Below, one piece after another: positions 50,601-64,000 of a DNA stretch of 64,000 bases. Origin of the DNA: Perna viridis (lineage: Eukaryota); contig CM074513.1 in NCBI GenBank assembly GCA_037379345.1, positions 35,956,885 to 36,020,884 of the forward strand. Direction: 5' to 3'. The notes beneath the pieces are model-generated. The model had not been told where the DNA came from. It made no database searches and worked only from the letters and a program-made list of their open reading frames with translations. Both the position numbers and the translations under genes were made by a program. The stretch's first letter is position 1, and each line of letters starts with the position of its first letter.

Positions 50601-53600
50601 AAAGATGTTTATCCTCCACTCATTTTCTTCAGTACAATGTATGTTATAAATTGTAATGTCAATGTACACATGAAGACTGAATACTGGAAAAAATGAATTG
50701 TCTTATGAATTTCAAAAGTAGACAAAGAGTGGGTGTATACATCCATGTACATGTATCAATATATAATATCATTTATTGCTAAAAAAATCTAAATGTCATT
50801 GCTTTTTAAGATATTTCACAACTTATCAATTTAAAACATTCAGATTCAAAAACTTACATGCATGTGTTCAAAATGCTCAAATCAATCTCAGCCCATGGTA
50901 TATGAAGTTCCATGGGTAAGAATTGTTGGAACTTACGAATTTTATTCTTACATTGTAGATCCCTGTTAACTTTTAAAAAATACATGTACATGTATGCACT
51001 AAGACACACATGAAATAAAAAATAAGATTATGTTACATGTAAGGTAGTGTATCTAGGACCGTCAAGTAATATAAAAAAAAATCATAACATCTTAACCCAG
51101 GATGTTAAAAAACTAAAAATCAAAGCAAAAACAAAACATTGATACTACACAAAAGGTTAACACCTTCATCTAGTGTGTAGTAAGTGTATAATATGTGTGT
51201 GTTAAAATCTCTGGCAAGGCTGTGTAGTTTAATTTTACAGATTGCTAGATTTATGTTCATTAAACATTTTATACCCATTAATGTATTTTAAACTTTGGAG
51301 AGTAGTGTACTAAGTTAATCCTAATATAACTGAATTTTACAATGTGTAGAGGTAAACAAAGACATGAAAATCCATTCATCTTGTGTTTGACCTAGAAAAT
51401 GGATGTTTATCATATCAACACTAACTTATCCAGAGATTTTGTTTGAATAAGAAATATAACAGTGATCTAAAACTTAATATAAGAATATTGATGTGAGTTC
51501 ATGTGTGTACATATGGTCATTGAAAAAGTATTTTATTAAAATTGGTTTTAAACCAATTATGGAAATCAGTCACTCCTAGTGAATATTTCATGTACTATCT
51601 ACAAACTTCACTGTACATACAATGTTGCTTTAGATGTTGGGTAGAATTGTGTTATTTGGAAAATAAAAAACTAAAAAGACATAAGATGTACATGTTCATT
51701 AAATGTACACGAGTAATGGTACAGTACCTGTACTTTCCCATCTATTACATGTATATTGTACATTTGTACATCAAGTACACATACTTCATTGTACATGTAC
51801 ATTTGTACATGCAAAAATATACAAAAAAGCATCTTAAGTCTTTTTTTTTTTTATATTTTTAGTTTTTGTAATAAACATATTCAGGATGAAACAAATATGG
51901 CATGAACAAACGTAATGGTTGACATCTCGTATTTTCAAAATCTTTAATTGTTGTTTAAACTTTGTTTTCTGAGTTGATACATGTACAATGTACATGTACA
52001 TATTTTTACATGACTACAAATGTTTACATATACAAAGTCATTAAGAGAAATGGTAAAATTAGTCTAACCAGAAATTACTACATATATTCTTGTAAGGTTG
52101 AGAATCTCACTGAGAACACTAAGTTTAAGCTGCATGGTTCTAATAAGACAACAAAACTTTTTTCATGTCTTGCGATATTCTGGATATACTAATCATCTGC
52201 TTTGGGCACTGAGTTCAATATTATGAGCTGGATATAATGTGTGGCTTTGATTTTTAAAAATAATACACTGGTATAGTGCATGTAAAATGTTGAATATAAT
52301 ACATACATGGCATACAATATACATATAAATGTTACACATGGTTCAAAACTTTGTTGTAAAATGTGTGCAACATGTTGAGCAACAATCGCTTTAAACCACC
52401 ATCAAATTCTAAACATGCTTCATTTCATAAGAAATTATTGTTTTCTAGTATGCTCTTTGTGGTAACTTAGCTCTTTTGCATTTTTTTTATGAAGGTGTAA
52501 CAGCTTTCACTTTCAGATAATTGTTTTCATTTGAAATGGAATAAATTCATAAGAAACTGTATAAAGAACCTAATTATACATGTATATGTCATGTAATATA
52601 CATTTTGTATGTACAGACTGTAGTATAAATCTGAAACATCTAATCAAATACTTCTTACATGGAGGCTAAAAAAAAATATGTGTGTTTCCTGTTACCCTAC
52701 ATACCCTAGTTTTCTGTGCCTACCCTGAACGTTTTATGGCCATTTTGGCTATAGTACTGTTAGTCTTGACTGTTTCCCCATTAACTCAATGTAAAGTGTT
52801 TTTAAAAAATAAAATAATTACCGGTGCACCTGGTCCATGCTCCCAGTTTTTAGTGGAGTCTGAGTTGCTCATTTACTTTTGTTACTTTGTATGTATGATT
52901 TTAGTTACTTTATGTTCTTTGTTGTGTATGTCTGTTTTCCATGTCTGGTCTTTGTACCTGGATTACATTCTTTTGATTACCGCTATAACCTTGGTTCCCT
53001 TGATAACTCCTTACTACCTACCCTATTTCGTTCATGTAGGTATCAGGAAACAAAACTACTAATTTGTTTTTTGCCATAACAAAAATAACAAGATATGATT
53101 ACCTTGCTTGTAGCAGTAGCTGCCTCACTTTTTATCACCCGATCATTTGTAACTTGAACTGTCAAATGTTTATTGTCTACAAGAGCCCAAGCACCCTCTA
53201 CTTTACAAGTCTGAAAGTCCTCATGAAACGTCCTCAAATGAGGATCACCAAATAATCCACACTGTTTATATTTCTGCTGTCCGCTAAATGAACACATCCT
53301 ATCATCTCTTGGTGGAAGAGGACCTACAACCTTCATTGTATCCTGATTAAACACTTTGGCTGCTGGGTCAGCTGAACAACGATGTCGACGCATGTTCTCT
53401 TTCAATCCAGCAATAATTCCATTATAAGTCAGATCAGATATGCAGTATCTTCTCTGCTTTGTTAAACAGTCTATATAAGTCCTGAGAGAAATACAATGTG
53501 GTTTTTCAGCTTGTTGTGCAGCTATAAGTGTCACTTTTACAGTCCCTTCCGCATCTTTTGCTGTACTAAATAAAGCTTGACAATGAGCAATATCACATGC

Positions 53601-56554
53601 TGAACCTGAAACAAAGGATAATAATAAAATAATTGAACTGATAGACAAAATCTAGGCAATCGTCAAAAGAAATTGTAAAAAGAAGGAAAGTCCAAATAAC
53701 AAATGGCAATATCAAGGAAGAAATCAGATATTTGGAAACTACCACAATGGTCATGACTTCCAACAAAAATCTTCAATTTCTATATAAAATCCACAACCCT
53801 TAGTTCAACAAAGGAGTTAAGTAAAAAGTTAATAACAAGAGAAAAAAATGTACACATAAACATTGTACCTGTTTACAAGTACATGTAGTTAATCACTTTA
53901 CTTTACAAGGTTCCAAAACTTTCCATTTGTCTAACGCTATTTTAAGCCTTTTGAGAATTAATTCACTTCTAAGTGATATAAATGTTCTTAGCCATTTTGC
54001 ATACAGTCATACTTTTCCTACATGTTCTGTATAAAAAGTGTTTTTTTTAAATCATTTGTTCAATCTACCTTAAATATAATAAGTACATACATGTACATGT
54101 ACTACAAAAACACAAACCGTTTTGTGCATTTATTACATACATGTACATTTCGGTTTTGGTATATGTATATTAAGAGTTAACTGGAATTTAAATTATATTT
54201 TCCTTATTGTGAACAATTAAAATTCTGAGCTGTAATTCCAAAATTTTGGATGCATGTATAGCCATTGTAAATGTACATGTACATGTAAATGCACAATTCA
54301 AATGCAGTCACATCATTCATAATACTTTTTTAAATGTACTATTTAATTTAATAAAGTATTATGCACACATGTTCATGTACATTTATTTACTTATACATTT
54401 TTGTACATGGGAAAAAAAATATATACATGTATATATAAGTCACACTTGATTAAATGCAGTAATATATGTATAATAATATCTGTATACAGTTGACCTTTGT
54501 TTTACAGAGTCATCATTTATCATATTACCATAAATGTATAAGGCCCATTTACTTGGGGTGATGCTGACAGTACTCAATTCAAAATGCACATCCATTATAA
54601 TTTCTTTAGGGTTTTCAAGAAAAAAAATAAATAAATACAAAGAAAAGATTTTTTTGGATTTTTCTGTTTTGTATAGATAGATAATGTTACCATATGTTCT
54701 TTCTCTAGTATTTAATGGTTGTCAAAGTACAAAAACACCCCCAACCCCAAAAGAACTAAAATAAATTTTCAACTGTCATACATGTACAGTAACAAATATA
54801 GTATACAAAGTCAGCAGAGACTTACTTTACATAAACATGATTTTTAAGCATTCTATCAAAATGAATAAATTTAAAGCTTCCAAATACAAACGCATAAGTA
54901 AAATTGGGTATTTTACTTTAAATATCAGATACTTTTAAGATTAAGAATGACTGAGTTGATCTGGAAAATATCTAAAAGTAAATTTAGAAGATAACACTAC
55001 TATGTCCGTAGTTTTCCCTGTAAAACGAACCAAGACGAATTTGAAAGCATATTGACATTTGCACAAATTTTTAATTTGAGCTTAGTTGTTGTAGTAACAA
55101 GTTCGGTGTGTGCACAGTTAGCCCCCTTGAATACCAAATGTTTTGTGTATTGTGTGAAAATGGAGTCAAGATATTTTAACTTACCGAATGAAATGCACAT
55201 TACAAATATTGCTGTAATAAATAACCTGTTGATCGGGGGCTTGGGTGGGTAACAGAATCGATTGATACCCATGCCCTTCCATTCGTGAGCAACAGGGTGC
55301 AAAATTCTCCAAACCTTCCGAACACCCGAACCGCTCGTCAAAACACTGTAAAGAAGCAAAAGAATGTCACTCAATAATCCACGATTCCAAAGCACAATTC
55401 ACATGTAAATATATTATTGTATCCGTAACTACATGGTGTGTTTACCAATCAATTGTCTAATTAAGTGAATTCCATGAAATTAATTGACTAATTAGCACAT
55501 TCACTATCTGTCCAACCAGCACATAATCCACAACTGATCTACCGATAGTTGTTCTACAACAAAATAGGTCAGGAGGCGGGGTTTACATGTCATTCTAACA
55601 CTATCTTACGAATCGCGCCTTTTCATTGGTCAAAGCCTGCTAAATTTATTACCAAGATGTTTTAGCTGTCATATTTTTTTATTGCTGTAAAAATGCTTCG
55701 ATGATATGAGAAAGTGTTGAACCTTACTCCAAAATTTTTACCATTCTTAGTGTGAACATAAATAAATTCTTTATTTTAACAATTAAATTCAACAATTGTA
55801 TTGGAAAGAGTAACGGACCATATATATATATATCCCAAAGCACGAACTTTTAAGAAACAAATGAAAAAAAACTTGGTATTCTAGTTGTAACAACAAACAA
55901 ATTAAACAAATAAAAAGGAAGCAAACTACCGTTTACACATTTTCCTGGGAATTTTTGCGAAAACAGTATTTTTGCGCTTGAATATATGTTTACATTACAT
56001 GTACATGTATTATACAGATATGCAATTATTCATATCATAATGACAAGTTTGCCACATTTGATTTAATTTAGTAAATGGTCGCGTGTCACTCAATTCGGAT
56101 GTCATCCACAGATCTATACAGTTCATAATTTTGACACTGCTTGGACATTCCAAATCAAATAAATCAGATTAATAATAAAATTGAAAATTGTGTTAAATAC
56201 AGACTTTTTTCTTCCCACAACTTCATGTGTGTTTGTTTTGGAGCGCTAAAAGAACGACAAATGTAACTTTACCGGAATGTTAGGTGAATAAAATAATTTT
56301 TGAGTTTGACGTTCTCGGTAAGTATATGAAATACTGAATTACAAAAAATAGCTGTATTATTTTGGTCAAAGAAAAATTGCTACAACATACGAAAAGAGCA
56401 GTTCCAAATATGGCAGTATTTTATGTTTTAAAGAGATAGCACAGAGAAACATCATCACTTAATGAACGTTTTTTGCCACGAAAAACGGAATAACCCTTTA
56501 AGTTAATTTTTTCGGTCCACGCACTCACCTTTTAACTTGGATATGTAAAGCCAT
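47648..56554 (-). CDS. RGM: Repulsive guidance molecule (RGM family, GPI-anchored BMP co-receptor/neogenin ligand); 4 coding exons, 451 aa
   Basis: Exons 56529-56554 (MALHIQVK, phase 2, GTGAGT donor), 55185-55345, 53103-53605 and 47648-48313; all GT-AG and phase-compatible, total 1356 nt. Signal peptide LFITAIFVMCISFGSA|C; RGM_N cysteines; CGLFGDPHLRTF..FQTCKVEGAWALVDN autocleavage region; LCVQGCP, YFDSCVFDLLTTGD; hydrophobic GPI-type tail. The small first exon is less certain than the other three. Confidence 0.95.
49033..49188. mobile_element. 156-bp MITE in an RGM intron, flanked by TA
   Basis: TIRs CAGTGATGGATCAAG / CTAGATCCATTACTG (13/15), TA on both sides, G-rich interior. Related decayed elements are probably at ~59768-59901 and ~13375-13530. 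Confidence 0.7.
52819..53011 (+). mobile_element. PLE family 1 3' fragment in an RGM intron, truncated inside the RNA structure
   Basis: Begins TACCGGTGCACCTGGTCC and ends CCTTGATAACTCCT. Antisense to RGM, about 90 nt from the 53103 donor. Confidence 0.9.
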
Positions 56555-58159
56555 CTTTGGACAAGTTTTATTATTTGCTACACTTTTTTGAAGAAGCCTA
56601 AGTGCAAAATTATTCATTAAAATTTTGGGTCTGAATCTGTATTACCACTTTATATATGAAAGGAAGCCATACATGTATTTGACCAATTACTTGAGCCGTT
56701 TTAATAAGCCTTTCTGTTTTTCGACAAACCTACTTTCGGCTTGGCACGAGCTCCCAAATTTACAGACTGCACCCAAGCCCGTTCTTTGATTTCCAAGAAC
56801 AAAGAATAATAATTACAATACATAAAAGAAAAAGTTCATAAAATTATGCAAATATGACATACTTTAAAGTACGACAACAAAAAAAACAACCCAAAAACAA
56901 CGCTCAGGCACCATTGACACAAAATGAAACAGTCAGAACTTCCTTTATCCTGCAAGTCTCGATCCTCGTTTCATTATTGTTGGATATTTATATGTAGGCT
57001 TGGGGGACGTAGCACTATCCAAATAAAAAAGGAGAGGGTTGCAGGGTCAGTAGAAACTCGGACTAGAGATGATGCAGCCGTGTTTCTGTACGTCGCTATG
57101 TTTCAATACAACGGAGTTGATCACGGTGAACGAACTTGTGAATGAAAAGAAACACTGCTTACACACCAAAAAGCATGGAGACAATGTTGACAGTCATCCA
57201 AAAAGCCTGAGTCATGAGTCTGTCAACTGACTATGATTGAGACAGTGCTAGATTTCCCCGTTTTACAATAATTAAAGAAGTCGTTTCTTTGTATTTCTTT
57301 CTCATTCCATTTATTTTCTTGGAAATATCGCCGATAAAGTAATCCTGAATTGAATGTATAATTTTCCAAGCGTTGATATGAAATAGCTATTAGGTTGTTT
57401 TACGGCCTGGATAACTGCAATTGAACAAGCTTCTAAGAATGTGTGCTCCCTAAAGACACATTCAAATTACTGAGTCTTCGTTATGCAATTTGTTTATCAC
57501 GATATTCCTGAATAAAGCAGTTGCTTTATTTGAATGCATGATATATGGAATTGGTTCTTAAAAAGGAAAGAAATGGTGCGGAAAATAAGCTTTCAGCGGA
57601 AATAATGAATTTGATATTTTCCTGTTGCCAATTGATGGATGTCCCCGGTATGCATGGAACCAAAAAAAAAAAGTCAGGAAAGTACAAATGTAGGAAGTAT
57701 ATGTATAAATACACAATATACAGATAATTTGGCTGCGTAGATTTTGACTATATTGCACACTACATCACAAGGAAGTGTTCTGTTATTCAGCTGAGTTAAC
57801 CTTTATGAAAATAAAATAAAACCACACACACACAAAATACAAAAAAATACACATGAACAACTAAAACAAACAAACAAACAAACAAAACGGCAAACATAGA
57901 AGTAAGTTCTTTAATGTATATCTCCTAGAGTGAGTGTAAAGATCGCAAAAATACAAGGTTACAAAATAAAATTATGGAAGTTTACCCATTATGAGCACAT
58001 CATAAACTTTTCTGATTAAATTGAAAATTCTGTACCTTCAGTGCTGATTTGACTTGACAAAGATAGAACTGAATGTCATCACTAATATATTCTGATTAGT
58101 AGATATTTTAGCATTTGACACCAATGTTCTATCATCTAAAGATTAAGATTTAGACCAAT

Positions 58160-59135
58160 GAATTGATTCAACAGACCCGTTATAAAGGTTAAAGAAACTT
58201 CTGTTGAAGTAGAGCCTGTCTGAAAAGTTGAAATAAAGGGACACCAAAGTTTTGATAGGACCGGACCAAAAAGGGGGAATCAGGAAATCGTACCAGGCAT
58301 TTACAGTAACAGGAGGAATTGAGGGAAACCAAGGATTATAACATGTATAACCTGACAGAAAAGTGGGAAAAAGGGAAACCAAGGTTTCGACGGAAACAGA
58401 TACTCTCGGAAAAGGGGTAATCAGGAAATACTATCAGCCAGTAAAAAGTGATATCGAAGGAAACCAAGATTTTGATATAAGGAGGTCTAACGGTAGCCCA
58501 CATTTCATACAAATACACCCTACAGAAAAGGAGAGAATCAAGCGAAACTATTGTTTTAATAGAACTTAACAAAAATTGGTGAAAACAAGGGATAACATGT
58601 TTTTTTATTGAAAATGATAGAACTGACAGAAAAGAAGAGAATCGAGAAAAAAAACTCTTGTTATGATAGATTCAGGCAGAAAAGGGTGGTAATCATGGGA
58701 AACGACCTGACAGAACTGGGGAAGGGTTAAAGAAAGACCACAGTTTTAATGGAACCCAACAGAGAAGGAGGAAAATAAAGCAAAACCATAATTCGAATAA
58801 AACATGGCAGAAAAGGGGTCAATGGAATCCACAGATAGAGTAGAACCAGACAGAAAAGAAGAGAATCAACAGGAAGGTTCAGTGTTAATAAACATGACAA
58901 AAATGGGGAAACACGGCTATAATAGAACCTGACCAAAAAAATGTAGAAACAAACAAGAGAAAATATCTGTTACATAAAATCTGACAGGAAAGGAAAAGGG
59001 GGGGGGGTCAAGAGAAACCACACTTTCTATTGGAACCTGACACAAAAGGAAAGAATCAAGGAGAACCAAGATTTCATTAAAACCTGACAGAAAATTGGGA
59101 AGTCAAGTGAAATAGTGGTTTTGATAGAAAAAAAA
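58160..59135. repeat. Old degenerate ~44-46 bp minisatellite
   Basis: Recurrent ATAGAACCTGACAGAAAAGGGGAGAATCAAGGGAAACCA-like units. Confidence 0.8.
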
Positions 59136-62100
59136 TTATGATAGAATTTACCAACAATCCTTTAACTACCTTGTCCCCGTGAACTTACATAGATACTAAC
59201 ACATGCATGCATATATTCAGTTAAAAACTCGAACAGATTCACTGACTTTAGTCGTTAAAAATAGGAGTGGAAATAGCTTTTGGATTTTTTTATGAAGATG
59301 ATAACTATAAAAACAATAAATTTGATAATGTACACGTATAATGACCGACGAGTCGAAGGGCCTTGCATGTTTGTACTTTTGTTAAATATTTTTTAACTAG
59401 TAAAATTCAAGCTCACGTCTCCTGTGGTGAAATAAAAACAATGTCTTTTCTTGTAACGAGTAATACATAAACTCAACTTTAAAAGGAAAATAGGCAATGG
59501 AATTTATTTATTTCCTAATTGAGTTTATATGATATATATCTGCAGGTGTGCTGTACACCTGGGCACACCTGAGGCTTAAAACGACATGGATTTATACTTT
59601 GACACTTTCTTGTTTAAAATAAATATTTTTATAAACAACAATGTTTACATGAATTAGCGAGATTTTTATTTTATTAATTATTCTTAAATTACCAGACAGT
59701 TTTTATTCCTTCTGGAAGAATTGTACAAAACTGGCGTAACAGATTACTTTGCTAACATAAATCTCCTTATTGGCAGATTCAAAGGGGGTGTCCGCCGCAC
59801 CGCCCCCCTCGTCTGAATGCTCAAAAATGTTTGTTGGTAAAACTGGCATTCTAAGGCCAATCAGCGGACTCCTAGTTTAGGAATTTCTGGATCCGCTGCT
59901 GGCAATTAAACTATTCATCGTATATGCATAAATGAGTTAAAACAGACCCAATGGATCTCTCTTTGTTCGAAAATTTTGGTTGATTGTGTATAAATCACTG
60001 GAATGAGCTCCATTTTTCGTAATCTCTCCTTCACATGCATTTTCTCCAATATACAAATATGGAGTGAATTAACCATTCCTGCTGACTTCAGTTACCTATG
60101 TCCCTTTATCTATGTTCCGTCATCCCACAAGACATGCTAGGAGAAGGCCTCCAAGATCTCAATTTTAATCCACCAAATTTCTGCTCTAGCTTTTTGTATT
60201 GAACTCGTCAACATTTGTTGTAGTACTGAAGAGCCATCACTGGCTCACATCTTTGTACAGTACCTCACCATCACTGGCTCACATCTTTGTAACATATGAT
60301 GCAATCTAAATGATTGCTGAGAATAGATCATTTATATTAACATATAGTGCGAAGCCATTTAAGGGCAAAAATTTCGTCATTTTGAAATCCGCTCTGTTCA
60401 TTCTTATCAAACACACACGTAATGTTTTCTCATATGTTACAAAAAATCTTTGATGTAACGATACATGAAGCGATGGAAAATATATCTACTGGGTAAAAAA
60501 GAGCCATAAGACACGTGGTTAGCTCATTAGCAAAGTTTCTTCCGTCATTAGGGACAAATTTGTTCCATATGAGTGAAAGAATGCTGGAATGATCGGTCTT
60601 TGGTGGGTATCAGATTTAGACACAAATGCAGATTTCAGGTAGCATCTGCAAGTTCCAGGCTCCTTAACCTCAATCAATCTTATTTCTGTTTGTTTGTTTT
60701 GTAAGAATTGGTGTGTTTTTATCATAAGTTTATCATACGTTTTTTATTCAGATGTTTCATCTCAAGGTGGGTGAAGAAAAGAATGAGCTATTTTACCCAG
60801 ATTTTCCGATGAAGTGCTCATTACGTCTAGACAAATAGGTTGCGAAATTCAGTATAGAAAATTAAACTGTCCAGAAATTCAGTTTAGTTGGGTGGAAACA
60901 TTATTTTCATACTTAAAAAAATGTACCGTCACCTTGTCGTGCAAATTAAAGCTTCCACTTTTTCTTCATTAAAGATGAGTGGTACTTCAGGGGAAAGTTA
61001 AAGTCTCTTAGATCATGTAAGATATATTCAAGAACTTGCAAAAGGTCTAATTTTCAGAATCAAAAAGACCCGAGAACTAAAGTTGAAATACGAGTTTCCC
61101 ATACCAATATCTTCATGGGAATTTTTAACGAAGGTCGAATTCGTACTAATTGCGTCTGTGTAAGCAATACTTATTTACTGAAGATAAATAGAATTCGCTT
61201 CAATTTTCTTTCTCAGATCAGGAGTGCTACTATTAACATCGCCAATGGTGAAAATGTAAATACCCCTTAGATCTCATTTACAACTTGAAAATTGTTTACT
61301 TTTTGAGTCACAAGGTTTCATATTTGTTACGATGTTGACAATTCATTTGAGGATATTAAATTTCATTGTTATAATTTCAATGCAAGAAGAAACTGAAGAA
61401 AAATTCAAAGCAAGTATACGACAATACGAGACGATAAATTTAATTAAATATAACTTTTGTCCCATAAGAATTCGATTTCAATAAAACCCTTTCTCAAAAC
61501 GAACACTGAGCAAATTCTCCTTATTGGGTTTTGAGTGCTTTTTAATGAGACGGCATCAATTGGAAGGCCCGTTTCACACATTGTGATGCTTAGCGTCATC
61601 ATTCCCAAACTAAGATCTAATTGAAAAGCAACAAACACTAAAGCACATCGTTAAAATATTTGAACTTTCGATATCTCATTCAAGACTAATAATGATATTC
61701 AGGAAACTGCTTTAGAACGAGACATGCATTTTTAAGTGATCTTATTTGAGAAAACGAATGTATAACGATGGTTCGAGTAAAGTTTACAAATTAAAAGGTT
61801 TGTATGTCATTAAATTAAAAAAGTTTACCGAACTCTTTGTAGATCTCTATGTATATAATAATGACCTCCTCAAGGTATGAGCACTTTTGTTGTGTACAAC
61901 ATGCTAAAATCATATATAGCAACAAGGCAACAAGCCAAGGGAGACAATTTGTTGAAAAACTACTATGACATGCCTTCAATATTATTGCAATAGCTCACCA
62001 CATTTATTGCTGCATTGTTAAGTTTGATGTAGAGTACATGTGTCCATGAAGTTCCATAATGACCACTCTTTATATAGTCCCTGTATTATTGCTTTGATTT

Positions 62101-64000
62101 GTATTTTAAAGTTTTTTTTAGCTATTTCTGTACAATAATCTTTTATATAGCCATTAACATTAAGAGAACTTGCCTTAAGATTTGACAATATAGAAACACT
62201 CTAACTTAAGCAGCTACAATGTACGTTTATCTACAATAAACTATTGACCAATGTCTTGTGATCTTATATTAAGTGACTCCGAAGTAACCATAACTTTACT
62301 GTTCCGACAGCTTATTGCTTGGGGTTTTTCATTGGTCAAAATTTAAAAAAAATTGAAACAAAAAGGTAACAGACAAAACATCAGAGGAATGTAGTAAACT
62401 GTGCATCAGTACGTTTTTCTAGTAGTTAGTCATGTCGTCTTTGAACTTTTGTTCGACACTTTTCTTGTTGATAACACAAAAGAACAAAAGTGGACTTTGG
62501 TTAAATGCTCTTAAAAGTTACTTCGTACAGCTGTAAGAAGTTTACTACACCGGTTGGCCCTTGAGCATGTATTTCCATACAAAGATCGAAAGGTTTCAAA
62601 TTTGACAAGGCTTATCAGGAATTCCCTTTCATAAATTTTATTTACACTCAATATAAAATATGGTAAATTCTCCAATATTGCTAATAAGAAATGTGAAATA
62701 AATCTAAGAAGGTTAATTCTGACGGGCAAACATCTAAGTCGATTGTTACTTTAAGAGGTCCAATGTTTACTTTGTCTAGCCCTTCTCTATACACTTAAAC
62801 ATAGAATAGCGTTGATGGCTGTATTCATCAAGTCCTTCAGATATTAAAAGGGTAAATCACGCCCATAAACCGATAAAATCTCATCAACGGCATGATCGTG
62901 GTATAGATTAATTTCTTATAATTTTTGTTTTAGTCAGGACTATCTTTAAAGGACCACTTTCATTCTGACCTTAACATATTGGGATCTAAAGACCAAATAC
63001 AAAAATGTAAATCAAAATAATTATCATCCGGTAACTGAAAATGATTTTTCATAAGAAATTTTCTCAGATATTTTGTAAGTAATCATTTAATTTTTCAAAC
63101 TTTGGACAACCAAAGAGGTGATAAGAAAAACCTTTATAGTTCTTAACTTAGTCAAGCACCCAAACCCATTAATGAAATGCTGTAAAATGTAGGATAAGTT
63201 GACTTTTCAAACAAAATACTCGCGTGATGAATTTTATCTGATTAATATTTTGTATTATTTTTCATTGATATAAATGTATCCGTTAATATCTATAGAAAAT
63301 CTAAAAGTACATGTAATTCTTTACCTTTTAAGGAGAGCATATACACATTCCATCACATTACTTCATGCTATCGAGATATCAAGAGGAAGAAATTTTGAAT
63401 TCTGGAAACTTGCTAAGTAAAATAAAAGATTTGAAATGTGGTTTTTATTTCTACTATCAACCGGATGGCACAGGTGTTCACTATACCTGCCCCTTCTAAA
63501 TGTGTTTCTTACATAGACTAGGAAATTCTCATTTTCATCTGTAGGTACACTTAATCTGTTATTATGCAAAATAATTGAAATAAAATATGTAGCTTGTTCT
63601 GAATATACGGCAACTACACGCAAACCAGAAACCGATACTTCAGAAATGCCTTGGCTATATATTTCTTTTAATGCTATAAAATAACCATCAAGATGGATCA
63701 TTTCACAATATTAAAGCCATGAACCTATTATTTAGCAATTTTAGATTTGACATGGCAATATGCATAAGGGGAAGTAACTCAGAAATTTAATCAGCCAAAG
63801 CGTACTAGTAGTAAAAGTGTAATTTACTATCGCATTTTGCAACAACTTAAACCATATTTTCTCAAGATCAAAGAAATTAGATGTGAGAACAAGGGAAGTA
63901 ATTCATCATTCGATTGTTATCATTTTATCAACATTTTAGGAAGTGCCTTGAGGGTTGAAAAAAAAATGTTACTTTACATTGTTACTGAGCTAGATTTTAT

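Noticed and set aside
53606-53648. MSISSIILLLSFVS as the RGM signal peptide
   Set aside because: It starts at TTG and is the polypyrimidine tract before the TTTCAG acceptor at 53605. The upstream exon supplies a proper signal peptide in the right phase.

Overview
AT-rich, intron-containing animal DNA. The repeat content (Helentron-type HINEs, Naiad-type Penelope-like elements, abundant ACATGT) suggests a bivalve mollusc, which is an inference. Two spliced genes lie on the minus strand. The first is a 7-exon alpha-arrestin (ARRDC-like) gene (CDS 7913-12563) with a +1 frameshift in a G7 run, a duplicated last-exon acceptor, and a decayed tandem paralogue at 3636-4132. The second is an intact 4-exon repulsive guidance molecule (RGM) gene (CDS 47648-56554, 451 aa). 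The rest is mostly transposon debris and tandem repeats: two families of Penelope-like retroelements with a C-terminal RT (6 + 3 copies), two decayed APE-type LINEs, HINEs and several MITEs. Most interesting signal: the 3' UTR of PLE family 2 contains, in two independent decayed copies (4992-5086 minus; 31718-31809 plus), a circularly permuted twister-ribozyme-like motif at the position where canonical PLEs carry hammerheads. PLE family 1 has a different ~101-nt multi-stem RNA at the equivalent position, in which two 5' truncations cluster. This suggests that these PLEs use interchangeable non-hammerhead RNA modules. All calls were made by eye; no searches were run.
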